A stretch of 64,000 bases of DNA from Candidatus Marinacidobacterales bacterium (lineage in GTDB: Bacteria; Acidobacteriota; Vicinamibacteria; Marinacidobacterales; SMYC01): the NCBI GenBank assembly GCA_965237955.1, contig OZ250169.1:5856001-5920000 (forward strand), written 5' to 3'. Below, piece after piece: positions 51,499 through 62,541 of the stretch. The translations under genes and the position numbers were made by a program. Every line of letters begins with the position of its first letter. Position 1 is the stretch's first letter. Under the pieces are notes generated by a model. The model saw only the letters and a list, made by a program, of their open reading frames with translations. It did not search any database and was not told where the DNA came from.

Positions 51499-52116
51499 AT
51501 GAGAATCGCGCGGGAAGGTTTCGGCTACATCGGCGTCCTATCACTCCTCGGCGTCGCCGCAGTTGCGTTCCCGGCGACCCGTCTTCTCACGGTCCCGCTG
51601 TTCGTGCTCGCAGGGTTCGTCACTTACTTCTTTCGCGACCCGACGCGCGTACCGCCCGACGATGAGAAGCTGCTGGTTTCACCCGGCGACGGGAAAGTCG
51701 TCTATACCGGTCCCGGTGAGCGCGACCCGTCGCGAACGCAAGTGAGTATTTTTCTGTCGATCTTCGATGTCCACATAAACCGCTCGCCGCTCGCCGCGGT
51801 CGTCCGCAAGATTCAATACACGCCAGGCCGATTCTTGGCCGCCTACAAGCCGGAGTCGGGAACCAAGAACGAACAGAACGAGATCGAGCTCGCCGACGGT
51901 GAGTTCTCGGTCACCGTACGACAAATCGCTGGAGTCGTCGCGCGACGCATCGTTTGCGTTATCCACGAGAACGACAGCCTCGAGCGCGGGCAGCGGTTCG
52001 GGCTCATTCAGTTCGGCTCGCGGATTGAGGTCATGCTTCCGAGCGACACGAAGCTTCGTGTTAAGGTAGGAGACAGAGTCAAGGGTGGGGAAACGGTCAT
52101 CGCGGAACGACCGTGA
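51499..52116 (+). CDS. psd: Phosphatidylserine decarboxylase
   Basis: FFRDP, FLSIFDVHINRSP, QFGSR. Confidence 0.92.
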   Translation: MRIAREGFGYIGVLSLLGVAAVAFPATRLLTVPLFVLAGFVTYFFRDPTRVPPDDEKLLVSPGDGKVVYTGPGERDPSRTQVSIFLSIFDVHINRSPLAAVVRKIQYTPGRFLAAYKPESGTKNEQNEIELADGEFSVTVRQIAGVVARRIVCVIHENDSLERGQRFGLIQFGSRIEVMLPSDTKLRVKVGDRVKGGETVIAERP

Positions 52117-52138
52117 AACTCAAAAGCGCAAGGCGACC

Positions 52139-52906
52139 ATGAAACGCGGAAACGCCAAGCTCCGGCGTCGCGGCATCTATCTTCTCCCGAGCGCCTTCAC
52201 CGTCGCGAACATCTTCTGCGGCTTCTATTCGACCATCAGCAGCATTCGAGGCGATCTCGCGTTCGCCGCTATTTTGATCGGCGTCGCGATCGTGCTGGAT
52301 ACGCTCGACGGCCGCGTCGCCCGCATGGCGAACGCTAGCAGCGAGTTCGGCAAGGAGTTCGACTCGCTCGCCGATCAAGTCTCGTTCGGGGTGGCCCCTA
52401 TGGTGCTCGCCTTCCAATGGGGCCTCAGCCTGTGGCCGCGCCTGGGGTGGCTCGTGGGCTTCCTTTTCGTGATTTGCGGTGCCATGAGGCTTGCTAGATT
52501 CAACATTCAGCAGTCGGCTACCGACAAGCGCTTCTTCGTGGGCCTTCCTATCCCGGCTGCAGCCGCCGTTGTAGCGGCGCTGGTGTACAGATTCCCCGAG
52601 CCCATGACCTCGCAGGCGGAGGCGTTACCGGTTCTCGGCTTGGTGACCGCGCTATCGTTTCTGATGGTGAGCAAGCTGCGCTACTACAGCTTCAAGGATT
52701 TCGACATCAAGAAGCGTCACCCGAGCTTGATGATTCTATTCCTTGCGCTTGTCATCGTCGCGGTGTTCACGCATCCGCAGGCAATGCTGCTCATCATGGC
52801 GTCGGTGTACCTTGCGAGCGGCCTCGTGCTCAAAGTGTGGTCCCGGTTCTCCCCGCCGAAAGTAGCGACATCAGCGGACGCGCCCGCGGACGTCAAGGAT
52901 CTATGA
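52139..52906 (+). CDS. pssA: CDP-diacylglycerol--serine O-phosphatidyltransferase
   Basis: LDGRVAR..FGKEFDSLAD, RLARFN, GLPIP. Confidence 0.92.
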   Translation: MKRGNAKLRRRGIYLLPSAFTVANIFCGFYSTISSIRGDLAFAAILIGVAIVLDTLDGRVARMANASSEFGKEFDSLADQVSFGVAPMVLAFQWGLSLWPRLGWLVGFLFVICGAMRLARFNIQQSATDKRFFVGLPIPAAAAVVAALVYRFPEPMTSQAEALPVLGLVTALSFLMVSKLRYYSFKDFDIKKRHPSLMILFLALVIVAVFTHPQAMLLIMASVYLASGLVLKVWSRFSPPKVATSADAPADVKDL

Positions 52907-53895
52907 GAGGGTATCGGGTTGGTGTCGTCAACCCGCAAACCCCATTCGGAGGCCGAGTCCGGGAGCTTCTTTCGGAGCAGCACCTTCCGGTCATCGAGCT
53001 GAAGCTCTTCGCGAGCGAGACCGATGGCGAGGCCACCCTCGCTCAGTTTCACGACGAAGTCGTCGTGACACAGCCGATCGACGCTGACCTGTTTCCACAC
53101 CTCGACGTTCTCTTTTTCGCCGGAGGGGACACCGATCTCATGAATCGCATCGCGATGGAGGCTTCTGGTGACGACGTGCTCACGTTCGTCGAAGGTGCCC
53201 TCGCCCTCGACGCGCCGGTGATGGTGCCGGGAATACAGGACGCCGAGCTTCTATCGGAGCGGCTCGTTGCCGTTCCGAGGATGGCGTCTTACCTCGTCGG
53301 AGCGGCGTTGCACCGCGTGCATGCGTCGCTCGGAGTCGCGCGCGCGAACGCCACCGTCCTCCTTCCGGCCGGAGAGCGCGGCGCTCCGGGAGCGCAAGAG
53401 CTCCACGAGCAAGCCGTCAGCATTTTGAGCTTCAAGTCACCGCCGACGGATATCTTCGGCGAGCAGATCGCGTTCAACGTGAACCTTGCCGGAGCTGGCG
53501 CTGGCCCGAAATCTGCGGCGCTCGCCCAGACGGTGGCGATGGAAGCCGCGCGCCTCGCCGAGCTCGATAGCGTCACGATAAACCTGGTCCGAGTGCCGGT
53601 GTTCCACGGCTACGCCGCTTCCATTTGGGTCGAGCTCGATGAGCCGGCGGAGCAGCGCGCGATCGTCGCCGCGTTCCGTGAGCCGCCGTTCACCATCGAG
53701 ACGGCTCGGACGGCCAAAACTCCGTCGCCGGTGAGCGTGGCCGAGTCGAACCGAATCCACATTGGCGGTATCCGCCGCCCTTTGGAGGTGTCTTCGGTGT
53801 CGCGTCCTGGTTTCTGGCTCTGGGCCGTCGCTGACACCACCGCCTACGACCCCGCCCTCGCCGCCGTCGAACTGGCCAAGACCGCGCTAGCCTGA
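52903..53895 (+). CDS. Divergent aspartate-semialdehyde dehydrogenase-like (Asd/USG-1) protein
   Basis: QIAFNV and RVPVFHGY present; typical catalytic NC motif not seen. Confidence 0.65.
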   Translation: MRGYRVGVVNPQTPFGGRVRELLSEQHLPVIELKLFASETDGEATLAQFHDEVVVTQPIDADLFPHLDVLFFAGGDTDLMNRIAMEASGDDVLTFVEGALALDAPVMVPGIQDAELLSERLVAVPRMASYLVGAALHRVHASLGVARANATVLLPAGERGAPGAQELHEQAVSILSFKSPPTDIFGEQIAFNVNLAGAGAGPKSAALAQTVAMEAARLAELDSVTINLVRVPVFHGYAASIWVELDEPAEQRAIVAAFREPPFTIETARTAKTPSPVSVAESNRIHIGGIRRPLEVSSVSRPGFWLWAVADTTAYDPALAAVELAKTALA

Positions 53896-53973
53896 GGCCG
53901 TAACCGTCCGCCGATGGCTGAAGCCGCCCAAAACTACTAGCGCCCGTAAGCTGCTTTCGAGCAAAAAAGCTCA

Positions 53974-54132
53974 ACGCAAAGTCGCAAAGACGCTAAGTGA
54001 GCGCCTCCGGCGCGGATTCGCGTCAGTCTCTTCGGCGTCATTCTAGGCCCGTCTTCCGTCCTGCGTTCTGGAGATTCCTGCTTTTCCGATGAAATGGCTC
54101 TTTGCGCCTTTGCGCCTTCGCGTCTTTGCGTT
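53974..54132. repeat. REP-like inverted 8-mer array, same family as 45171-45259
   Basis: aacgcaaagtcgcaaagacgctaag ... ctttgcgcctttgcgccttcgcgtctttgcgtt. Confidence 0.7.
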
Positions 54133-54191
54133 GGTTTTTTCTAGTTGGCATCGCGCTGCCAAGTTAGAGCTTGCCCGCCCATGGGGAACGA

Positions 54192-54222
54192 GCTGATGGC
54201 TGATGGCCGACGGCCGATGGCG
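54192..54222. repeat. 7-mer (GCTGATG/GCCGATG) tandem repeat
   Basis: gctgatggctgatggccgacggccgatggc. Confidence 0.65.
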
Positions 54223-54228
54223 GATCTA

Positions 54229-57200
54229 TTAAACGGGCAGCCGCATGCGAACCGTCGTGCCTTTACCGGGCTCACTTTCGAGGACGATCGAGCCGCCGTG
54301 GTCTTCGACGACCTTTTTCGCGATCGCGAGGCCTAGCCCGGTCCCGGCGGCGCGCGTCGAGAAGTAAGGCTCGAAGATTCGCTCTTTGAGCTCGGGCTCG
54401 ATGCCGACACCGGTATCGGCGACGGCGACCTCGACGAAACGCGCTCCATTCGAGCTCTCGTGTATCACCTTTACATCGACACTGCCCTCACCGTTGACCG
54501 CGTGGAGCGCGTTTTCCACTAAGTTCAAGAGCGTTCGCTTCAGAAGCCGAGCGTCGGCGCGCAACAGCGGAAGGTCATCGGCAATGTCGACGCTGACGCG
54601 AACACCGTCGGGCGGCGCTTGTACATAAGGCGCCACCGTTTCACGCACGAGCTCTTCGATGTCGGTCGGCTCTGGTCTCAACGGCTCGGGGGATGCGAAC
54701 GTGGAGAACTCCATCGAGATCTGTCGGAGTGCTTTCACCTGCTGCAGGATCGTCTCGGTACACTCGTCGAGAACTTTCTCGAAATCCACATTGGGATCGT
54801 CATGGACGCGCAGCAGATGCTCCGCGGCGAGCTGGATGGGGGTCAGAGGGTTTTTCACTTCGTGGGCGACCTGGCGAGCCATCTCCGCCCACGCCTCGAG
54901 CTTCTTGGTGCGTTCGAGATCGGAACGTTGACGTTTCAAATCCGCCGCCATTTGGGTAAAGCTCGCGAACAGCGCTCCGATCTCGTCCTTCGACGCGGTT
55001 TCCAGCGAAACGTCGAGATCTCCCTCGGCAACGCGATGCGTCGCATCGGTGAGCGTGTTGATGGGCTCCGAGATCCGACGGGCGAGGGAGTAAGCGAGCG
55101 CCGCCGCGGCGAGGGAGAAACAAAACGCGGTGAGAAACAACGTTTGATTCATCGACGAGACGCGGAGATCGATTTCGGGGTTCTGGCTCGCCAGCGGTAG
55201 CGCGAGAATCCCAGGCTCTCGACGCCGCTCGATCGAGATCGGCACCGAGACAACGAGATACTCGAACGACCCCACCGACTCTCGATGGATGGAGTGGGTA
55301 CGCTGCTCGAGGACGAGGTCGCGGTACGCAATAGGCGCGACGCGCGTTCGCAAGAGTCCGCTTCCGAAAAGCTCCGGCTTGCTCGTCGCCACGAGCTCTC
55401 CGCTGGCATAGAGATCGACGTCGACCCCGGCGAGACTCCCCACCCATTCGAGAACCGCGTCCGTCACCGTTCGGTCACCGCGCTCTTCGGCGTCGCCGCG
55501 CTGGGAGCGTAGCAAGTCGTTGACGAAGCGTTCGACGACTTGGGCTCTCGCCATGCCCTCCTGTTCGATGTCTCGTACGAGCTGTTGGATGACGATACCG
55601 CGAATCAGAAACGCCAGCGAAGCGATGGGAACGAGGGCGATGAGAACGAACGCGACATAGAGCTTTCCGTGGAAGCTGGTGCCGACGCCCGCCCAGAGCT
55701 CTCTCGGCGATACCCCGTGCTCGCTTCCCGAGGCTCCGAGAACCAACGCCACCCCGAGCGCGAACAGCGTGACTCCCGCCGCGAGAACTGCCCACGCGGC
55801 GAGCTCGGCAGCGTAGGTGAGGACGCCGGTTTTCACGTAGGACAGCACGAACGTGTGGGTACCGTCGTGAAAAAGATAAGCTTCATGATTCTGTCCGCCC
55901 CGGGAATACGCCCACCACACCGGCGCTCGTCTCGCTTCGTCGACGATCTGCTCATCCAGTTGCAAAACGCCACCCGTCGATTGAAAGACTGAGGTTCCGT
56001 CCGGCTCGAGAACGAACAGGGACAGCTCGCGGTAGGGAAAGCGGAACGGCGCGTCCACGCCGGCGGTTGAAAAAAGATACAAGTATGGGTTGGTCGTGGA
56101 GATGAACGGAAGATTTCGCCAATCGGCTGCCAATCGCACGCGGATCTCCCAGCTCGCGGCTTTTTGACCTGGCGGACCTGGCGGACCACGGATGGCGCGC
56201 CGTGCGAGGAGCACGCCCGGATGTTTCGGATCGTTGTCGATGGACTCTTCCTCGAGAATCCATTCGTCGGGCGCGGGAGCTTTGGATGGGTCAATCGCGG
56301 GTGTCGGCAAGCTGAGGGCAAACCGCGACACGATTCGCGACGTCTCGTCGACGATCTCGATCGACGAGCTCAAGGACGAAGTAACGAGATCGGTCCCCAC
56401 CCAAATTTGAAAAGCGACGTCGTCGCGGTCGAGCACGCCGAGACGGCCGTCGGCCTCCATGCGATCGATGGCGCGTGCGGTCTCGACGACGGCGTACAAC
56501 CGGGAGCTCCCGAGCTCGAGGACGATGGGCGCCACCGTCGTTTCGATGAAGTCCTGTACGGTTGTGTCCTCGAACCGGGCGATCGCGGGATAAAAAGAGA
56601 CGACGGCGGACACGGTGACGAGCCCCGCGGTGCTCAACCGCACGTAAAGCCCTGAGCTCCGCCAGCGTTTCTCGAGAATCGATTGGCGCAGCGAGAAAAC
56701 GCGCACGACCGCGAAGGCTGGTAGGGCGAGCAGCACGTGATCGGTGAGTCCGAATTCTCGAGCCACGAAGTAGCCGATCGAGACCACCGCGACATCGATT
56801 GCGATCACGCGCGCGGGCGCGGCCTGTCGAACGAGGCCAATTATGACGACCGATATCGTGACCGACGCCAGAAAGAGCAGCACGAGGCCGAGTTGGAGCG
56901 CGAATCGCGGTGCGTCGAGGGGGAAGATGCTCATCGTGGAGAGCGCGAGACTGGAGTTCAGCCACGCGTCGAGAATGACTTCGTCGGTGGCGACGAGAAC
57001 GGCGAGCACTGCACCGGACGCGACGGAAGCGGAGGCAAGCGTGAACCGCTCCGGCAATTTCCGTTTCCCGACGGCATTCGCGCTGGAGTTCGCGCTGGAA
57101 TTCGCAATGATAAGCGCGGACGTCAGAAGCGCCGCGGCGGTGAGCAGAAAGTCGATGGGAGAGCGCGCGAGACCGAAAAAGAGCGACGAGGCGTAATATG

Positions 57201-58338
57201 TCGGGTTGTCGGCATCTAGGCCGAGGCTCAATGGAAAATCGGTGAAGAACACGACGAAGCGTGCTCCCCAGATGAAGAAGAGCCGCGGGAGCGCGTTCGG
57301 CACGCTACCAACGAGCCAAAACAACGCAGCCAGCGCGGCGACGACGAGGGAAGTGGCCGCCGCGAGTTTGTAGCGCCGGCGCGCTTCGAGACGTGCGATA
57401 GCGGGCGCCTCTCCTGCGATCGACGATATCCCGAAAAGCTCGCCGCTGTCGCTCCGGAGCGCGAAGTAGAGTCTCGGGGCGTCCTCGGTACCGCCCCAGA
57501 AGGCATCTCCCTCCGCCTCGACGAGCGACGTGAGCTCGGATGCGTCGTCCCCGAACATACGAAACTCGGTCTCGGTACTCCGTCCGAGCCATGAGGAAAG
57601 GGCGTCATAGTCTTCGAGGTAACGGTTTTGGAGCCGTCGGTCCGCGATGAGAGGGATCTCGACAGAAACGAAACCGCGACGACTGAGTAGCGGCTCGAGC
57701 GCGACGAGATACGTGTAGACACCTTGCTCGATCACGAAGAGCCCCGACTCCGGCACTCGCTCTAATTGGTCGAGGACCTCGGAAAGCGAAACGTTGTCGC
57801 CGCTCCACGCGAGCGGCCGGCGTAGCGCGTCGTATAGCGTCGTGCCGGGAGCTCCACGCGGATGGGCGCTCGGCAACGGAAAACGAGCCAGGGCGTCGAA
57901 GGCCCCGCTCGAGTAGTCTTGGGCGTCTGAGCCTTCGACCGCGATCGCGATGGGATAAGCACGTGCAAGCTGGCGCGCGCTGTCACGAGCGTTTCTGCAA
58001 AGTGACACGAACCGCGTCGTGGCACGGGTCGAGATGCGTTCTGAAGCGCTCTCCTGCGCAGCTTTCCACTCGACAGCCGAGCGGTTCAACACCGAGCCGT
58101 AGCCGAGGATGCCGAGAGCGAGCGCCATGACGGCGCCCGCGACGAGCATCGTCGCGATAGTCTTTCCGGACGAGCCAAGGCGCTTGTGCGCTGCCACCAG
58201 AGTCAGTGTCGCTGCCGCGATGAGGAACCACGCGAGCGCCGTGCCGAGCAGCGCAAAGTTCTCGTGAACGTCTGCGACGACGAGGGCGAAGACGGCGACC
58301 ACGAGCGTGCCTACGAGAAGGCGGGAGAGGAATAGCAT
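54229..58338 (-). CDS. Large multi-TM sensor histidine kinase (HAMP-HisKA-HATPase, NtrY-like C-terminus)
   Basis: AHEVKNPLTPIQL, NLVENA, DTGVGI, FEPYFST, GTGLGL; start codon uncertain. Confidence 0.88.
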   Translation of the reverse strand: MLFLSRLLVGTLVVAVFALVVADVHENFALLGTALAWFLIAAATLTLVAAHKRLGSSGKTIATMLVAGAVMALALGILGYGSVLNRSAVEWKAAQESASERISTRATTRFVSLCRNARDSARQLARAYPIAIAVEGSDAQDYSSGAFDALARFPLPSAHPRGAPGTTLYDALRRPLAWSGDNVSLSEVLDQLERVPESGLFVIEQGVYTYLVALEPLLSRRGFVSVEIPLIADRRLQNRYLEDYDALSSWLGRSTETEFRMFGDDASELTSLVEAEGDAFWGGTEDAPRLYFALRSDSGELFGISSIAGEAPAIARLEARRRYKLAAATSLVVAALAALFWLVGSVPNALPRLFFIWGARFVVFFTDFPLSLGLDADNPTYYASSLFFGLARSPIDFLLTAAALLTSALIIANSSANSSANAVGKRKLPERFTLASASVASGAVLAVLVATDEVILDAWLNSSLALSTMSIFPLDAPRFALQLGLVLLFLASVTISVVIIGLVRQAAPARVIAIDVAVVSIGYFVAREFGLTDHVLLALPAFAVVRVFSLRQSILEKRWRSSGLYVRLSTAGLVTVSAVVSFYPAIARFEDTTVQDFIETTVAPIVLELGSSRLYAVVETARAIDRMEADGRLGVLDRDDVAFQIWVGTDLVTSSLSSSIEIVDETSRIVSRFALSLPTPAIDPSKAPAPDEWILEEESIDNDPKHPGVLLARRAIRGPPGPPGQKAASWEIRVRLAADWRNLPFISTTNPYLYLFSTAGVDAPFRFPYRELSLFVLEPDGTSVFQSTGGVLQLDEQIVDEARRAPVWWAYSRGGQNHEAYLFHDGTHTFVLSYVKTGVLTYAAELAAWAVLAAGVTLFALGVALVLGASGSEHGVSPRELWAGVGTSFHGKLYVAFVLIALVPIASLAFLIRGIVIQQLVRDIEQEGMARAQVVERFVNDLLRSQRGDAEERGDRTVTDAVLEWVGSLAGVDVDLYASGELVATSKPELFGSGLLRTRVAPIAYRDLVLEQRTHSIHRESVGSFEYLVVSVPISIERRREPGILALPLASQNPEIDLRVSSMNQTLFLTAFCFSLAAAALAYSLARRISEPINTLTDATHRVAEGDLDVSLETASKDEIGALFASFTQMAADLKRQRSDLERTKKLEAWAEMARQVAHEVKNPLTPIQLAAEHLLRVHDDPNVDFEKVLDECTETILQQVKALRQISMEFSTFASPEPLRPEPTDIEELVRETVAPYVQAPPDGVRVSVDIADDLPLLRADARLLKRTLLNLVENALHAVNGEGSVDVKVIHESSNGARFVEVAVADTGVGIEPELKERIFEPYFSTRAAGTGLGLAIAKKVVEDHGGSIVLESEPGKGTTVRMRLPV

Positions 58339-58390
58339 CCAATAGAACCCGGGCCCTTTTGGAGAGCGTAACGCGGGAAAGTGCTCGAGT

Positions 58391-58966
58391 CTATCGAGAA
58401 GCGGCGCGGATTCCGTAGATCCGCCAAGCACTCTTGCCTTTTTCGAGCTTGAACTGGAGCCGCTCGGTGACGAGCTCATCCGTGTCGAGAACGACGAACG
58501 TCCAATCGGCGCGAAAAGTTGTACTCCCGGCGTGACGCCCGACGTCTGTCGAGTCATAGATGAACGCGCGGGTCTCGACTTCACGGAAGAGGCGGCCGAA
58601 GATGTGGCGTACTTGTCCCGGCCCGTAGTGCCCTCGCTGGCTGTCGTCGATCTCGAGCGAGAGATAGATTTTTCGTTTCCCGGTTACCAGACAGGCTTCC
58701 AACTCATCGGCGTCCTCGTTGTGGAACGACCTTCCCACGCGGTCGATGGTCGCGTCGACGAGGACATCCGTTTCGAGGTCCCTTTTGTCTTCGAGCTCTT
58801 TCTCACGAGTCGACGTCCGGGACTTCAAGTACACCGGTGGCTGCTGGATCCCGAACGGGCTCTCCTGCTCATGGACGCCAATCTGTGCGGAAACGGAACC
58901 GGCGAGCGCGCCGAGTACGCCGAGTACGCCGAGTACGAGTGTCACGAGAAAAGGCTGTCTTGCCAT
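58391..58966 (-). CDS. Secreted hypothetical protein
   Basis: Signal peptide; co-oriented with neighbours. Confidence 0.55.
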   Translation of the reverse strand: MARQPFLVTLVLGVLGVLGALAGSVSAQIGVHEQESPFGIQQPPVYLKSRTSTREKELEDKRDLETDVLVDATIDRVGRSFHNEDADELEACLVTGKRKIYLSLEIDDSQRGHYGPGQVRHIFGRLFREVETRAFIYDSTDVGRHAGSTTFRADWTFVVLDTDELVTERLQFKLEKGKSAWRIYGIRAASR

Positions 58967-59111
58967 AAGGTTAGTCCATGTTAGCTTTCGCCCCTCGACG
59001 GTGTCAAAGGGTTGTCTCATCGCCTAGATAGTGCACGTTCCATACCAGCTCAACTCGCCATGAACAGGGGGTTTCCGCTCGAAAGCGCCGTCGAGAGAGG
59101 ACAACTGTGGG

Positions 59112-60734
59112 TCAGAAGGGGACAGACCCGTCCGAAGTGGGTGGTCGGCCGCGAGGGGCCGCTCCTTCGGCGTCGTCGTCCCCTTCGCCTTCGAGCTGCT
59201 CCGTCTCCTCGGCCCCGGTCGGTGCCGGCTGAGCGACCTTGTGCCCCAACAGGAGCACCTCGCCGCTGCGAAGCGCCATCGCGATGCGGGAGCGCTCGAA
59301 CCATTCCGGTTCGGCCGGTTCGGCCGGTTCGGCCGGTTCGGCCGGTTCGGCCGGAAGCTCGAGTGTCGTGGCCGCATCGTCCGCCGTTTCGTCGTCCGCC
59401 GACAACTCCTCGCGCGTGGCGATATCCAATGCTTCGGCTCCGTCCAGTTCTTCTGGACCTAAAATCTCGGGATCGAGCTCGCTCAAGGGGTCTTCGTCCT
59501 CGACGTCGGCGTCCGCGTCGCGCTCGATGACTTCGGCTTCGGCCGCGAGCTCATCGGGACTGGGTTTGGCCAAAAAGAAAGATGGCGGGACCACAATCTC
59601 GCCGGGAGCCACGTATCGTTTCCCCGGCTGTCCTCTCGCGGGGTTGATCTCCACCAGCACGCCGTCGTACGTGCCCACCAGGAGTCTATTTCTGACGCGC
59701 ATCGGGCTCGTTGCCGGGCGACCGGGTAGGTTGGCACGCCAGTGCTCGTCGCCCGTCGTCGCGTTGAACGCAAACAGCGTGTTCGCCCACGACGCCAGGT
59801 AGAGTCTCTTGCCTTCGACTAGCACCGCGCTCCGTATCGCGGCGCCCGTCGACCAGCGGAATGTCACTTTTCCGCTGCGGGCGTCGAGGCTATAGAGCTC
59901 CCCGGTATCGTCACCGATGTAGACCCGCGCGTCGTCTTGGTCGAACGCCGCCGGCGCATAGAATTCGGCTCGGCCCGTGAACGTCCATCGGAGCGTTCCC
60001 GCCGGAAGATCCAGCGCGGTAAGCGTCTGGCTTCCTCCCGAGACCACGAGCAAAGAATCGGTGCTCGCTAGTGCCAGGGGTGTCTCACCCGTCGCTGTTT
60101 GGAAGACCACTTCCTTTGTTCGAGCGTCGTAGGCGACGATGTCTCCCGAGGGCGTCGCGAAGAACACGATGTCGTTCGGTCCGCGGATCGGAGGCAGAGC
60201 GAGCTCGAAAGGCAGTCGCGCCTCTTGTTGGATGTGTCCGGTGAGCCCGTCGACGAGAAGTACGTGCCCGGATGGCTCCGATAGGACGACGGTGAAGGTA
60301 TCGGTCTTACCGCGAACGAGAGGCCCGGCCTGGAACACCAAAGGTTCGTGCAGCGCTTCTCCCGGGAGGCCGAGCTTCCATGCGAACTCTCCGGTAGCCG
60401 CGTCGTGTCCCTCGACGAAGCCGGAGCTTCCGACGACGAGCAGGTGGGTTCCGTAGAGGAGCGCTTTGGGACGGTCTCTCGGGGTGAAGTCGAGGCGTGT
60501 CAGCTCCGCGACCGGAAGCAACCCGTCCGGAGGCTTTTTGCGAGGAGGAGGGGTGGGGGCCTTGATCTCCTCTTTGTCTGCTAGAGATGCGGCATGGCTT
60601 TCTTGAGGTTTGGCTTGAGGTTTGGCTTGGGGTTCGTCGGCCTGGGGTTCACTGGGCTTCGGCGTCTGGACGGCGGTGCTCGCCCTGATGACGATGGTCA
60701 AGACGAGGACGAGAGCAGCCACGGGTATCGGCAT
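59112..60734 (-). CDS. PQQ/BamB-like beta-propeller protein with acidic, PAE-repeat tail
   Basis: TGEFAW, SGKVTF, TGDEHW repeats; 9-bp repeat at ~59306-59354. Confidence 0.72.
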   Translation of the reverse strand: MPIPVAALVLVLTIVIRASTAVQTPKPSEPQADEPQAKPQAKPQESHAASLADKEEIKAPTPPPRKKPPDGLLPVAELTRLDFTPRDRPKALLYGTHLLVVGSSGFVEGHDAATGEFAWKLGLPGEALHEPLVFQAGPLVRGKTDTFTVVLSEPSGHVLLVDGLTGHIQQEARLPFELALPPIRGPNDIVFFATPSGDIVAYDARTKEVVFQTATGETPLALASTDSLLVVSGGSQTLTALDLPAGTLRWTFTGRAEFYAPAAFDQDDARVYIGDDTGELYSLDARSGKVTFRWSTGAAIRSAVLVEGKRLYLASWANTLFAFNATTGDEHWRANLPGRPATSPMRVRNRLLVGTYDGVLVEINPARGQPGKRYVAPGEIVVPPSFFLAKPSPDELAAEAEVIERDADADVEDEDPLSELDPEILGPEELDGAEALDIATREELSADDETADDAATTLELPAEPAEPAEPAEPAEPEWFERSRIAMALRSGEVLLLGHKVAQPAPTGAEETEQLEGEGDDDAEGAAPRGRPPTSDGSVPF

Positions 60735-60840
60735 TGTCTCTCAAAAGCACAATATGTGGGTAGTTGAAATCACCGGCACTCCAGGTCTTGTGATCGCGGT
60801 GCCGTCGCAGCTATAATGCCTCTCCTGCGGGCGAAAACTC

Positions 60841-62379
60841 ATGGCGCACGATACCATCCTCATTTTAGATTTCGGCTCCCAGTACACCCAGCTCATCGCG
60901 CGGCGCCTGCGCGAGCTCTCCGTCTATTGCGAGATCTTGCCGTTTTCGACGTCGCCCGCGGCGCTCGAGCGAGACAACGTGCGCGGCATCATCCTCTCGG
61001 GCGGTCCGGAAAGCGTGTATGCGGATGGCGCTCCTCATTGCGAGGACGCGGTGTTCGACCTTCCGGTTCCGACACTCGGCGTGTGCTATGGCATGCAGCT
61101 CATGGCGAAAGCTCTCGGGAGCGATGTGCGACCGGCCGACCATCGCGAGTATGGCCACGCCGTCATTGCATGCAGCAACGGTAGCCTGCTGTTCAAGGAT
61201 GTGAACCGGGAGCTACGGGTGTGGGCGTCGCACGGCGATCGCATCGAGAGTTTGCCGGAGGGGTTTCATTTGACTGCGAGCTCGGACGCTGCGCCGGTCG
61301 CGGCGTTCGAAGACAGCCGTCGCGGGCACTACGGCGTCCAGTTTCACCCCGAGGTCGCCCACACCGAGCAAGGCACGCAGATACTGAAGAACTTCGCTTA
61401 CGAGATCTGCGGGGTGCGCGGTGATTGGAGCATGAGCTCCTACGCGGACGAAGCCATCGCCGATATTCGAGAGCGCGTCGGAAGCGCGAGCGTCGTGTGC
61501 GCGCTTTCGGGTGGTGTCGACTCCTCGGTCACCGCGACGCTGGTACACCGCGCGGTCGGGGACCAGCTGACTTGCATTTTCGTCGACAACGGAGTGCTCC
61601 GAAAAAACGAAGCGGCGCAGGTGATGGAACGCTTCTCGAAGAAAATGGAGCTCAACGTCATCGCTGTCGACGCCTGTGATCGGTTTCTCGACAAGCTCCG
61701 AGACGTGAGCGACCCCGAAGAGAAGCGGAGGATTATCGGTCGAGAGTTCATCGATATCTTCAGCGAAGAGGCGGAAAAGATTCCCGACTCACGATTCCTC
61801 GCGCAAGGTACGCTCTACCCGGACGTGATCGAGAGCGTGTCGGTAAAAGGCCCGTCTCATGTCATCAAGAGCCACCACAACGTCGGGGGCCTCCCTGAGG
61901 ATCTACAGTTCGAGCTGATCGAGCCGCTGCGCGAGCTCTTCAAAGACGAAGTGCGCTCACTCGGGCTCGAGCTCGGGCTCGACGAAGAGCTCTTGTTCCG
62001 GCAGCCGTTTCCTGGCCCGGGGCTCGCTATCCGCGTTCTCGGCGCGGTCACGCGCGAGCAGCTCGATCTACTTCGCGAAGCGGACGACATTTTGGTGTCG
62101 GAGATCAAAGCAGCCGGTCTGTACCGCAAGGTGTGGCAATCGTTCACGGTGTTGCTGCCGATACGGACGGTTGGCGTGATGGGCGATGCGCGCACGTATG
62201 AACGCGTGGTGGCGATCCGCGCCGTGGAAAGCCGTGATGGAATGACCGCCGACTGGGCGAAGCTGCCACCGGAGCTACTCGAGCGCATCTCGAGCCGCAT
62301 CATTGGAGAAGTGCGAGGCATCAACCGCGTCGTCTACGACATCTCGTCGAAACCACCCTCGACGATCGAATGGGAGTGA
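60841..62379 (+). CDS. guaA: GMP synthase (glutamine-hydrolysing)
   Basis: [42 protein letters not shown]. Confidence 0.98.
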   Translation: MAHDTILILDFGSQYTQLIARRLRELSVYCEILPFSTSPAALERDNVRGIILSGGPESVYADGAPHCEDAVFDLPVPTLGVCYGMQLMAKALGSDVRPADHREYGHAVIACSNGSLLFKDVNRELRVWASHGDRIESLPEGFHLTASSDAAPVAAFEDSRRGHYGVQFHPEVAHTEQGTQILKNFAYEICGVRGDWSMSSYADEAIADIRERVGSASVVCALSGGVDSSVTATLVHRAVGDQLTCIFVDNGVLRKNEAAQVMERFSKKMELNVIAVDACDRFLDKLRDVSDPEEKRRIIGREFIDIFSEEAEKIPDSRFLAQGTLYPDVIESVSVKGPSHVIKSHHNVGGLPEDLQFELIEPLRELFKDEVRSLGLELGLDEELLFRQPFPGPGLAIRVLGAVTREQLDLLREADDILVSEIKAAGLYRKVWQSFTVLLPIRTVGVMGDARTYERVVAIRAVESRDGMTADWAKLPPELLERISSRIIGEVRGINRVVYDISSKPPSTIEWE

Positions 62380-62397
62380 TGATCGTGTACTTGGTGC

Positions 62398-62519
62398 GCC
62401 ATCGGCCATCGGCCATCAGCCATCAGCCATCAAACGGCGGCGATGTGCCGTGGATGCGCGCTGATGGCCGATGGCTGATGGCTGATGGCGCCTCGTCAGG
62501 ACGATCATGGCTGATGGCG
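62398..62519. repeat. Inverted 7-mer arrays (GCCATCR)n / (GCYGATG)n forming a long hairpin
   Basis: 62398-62432 is reverse-complementary to 62460-62489. Confidence 0.75.
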
Positions 62520-62541
62520 CACTCCTGATAGGGTCCCTCTC

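Noticed and set aside
59306-59354. 9-bp tandem repeat
   Set aside because: In-frame low-complexity PAE linker, not a regulatory or mobile repeat.
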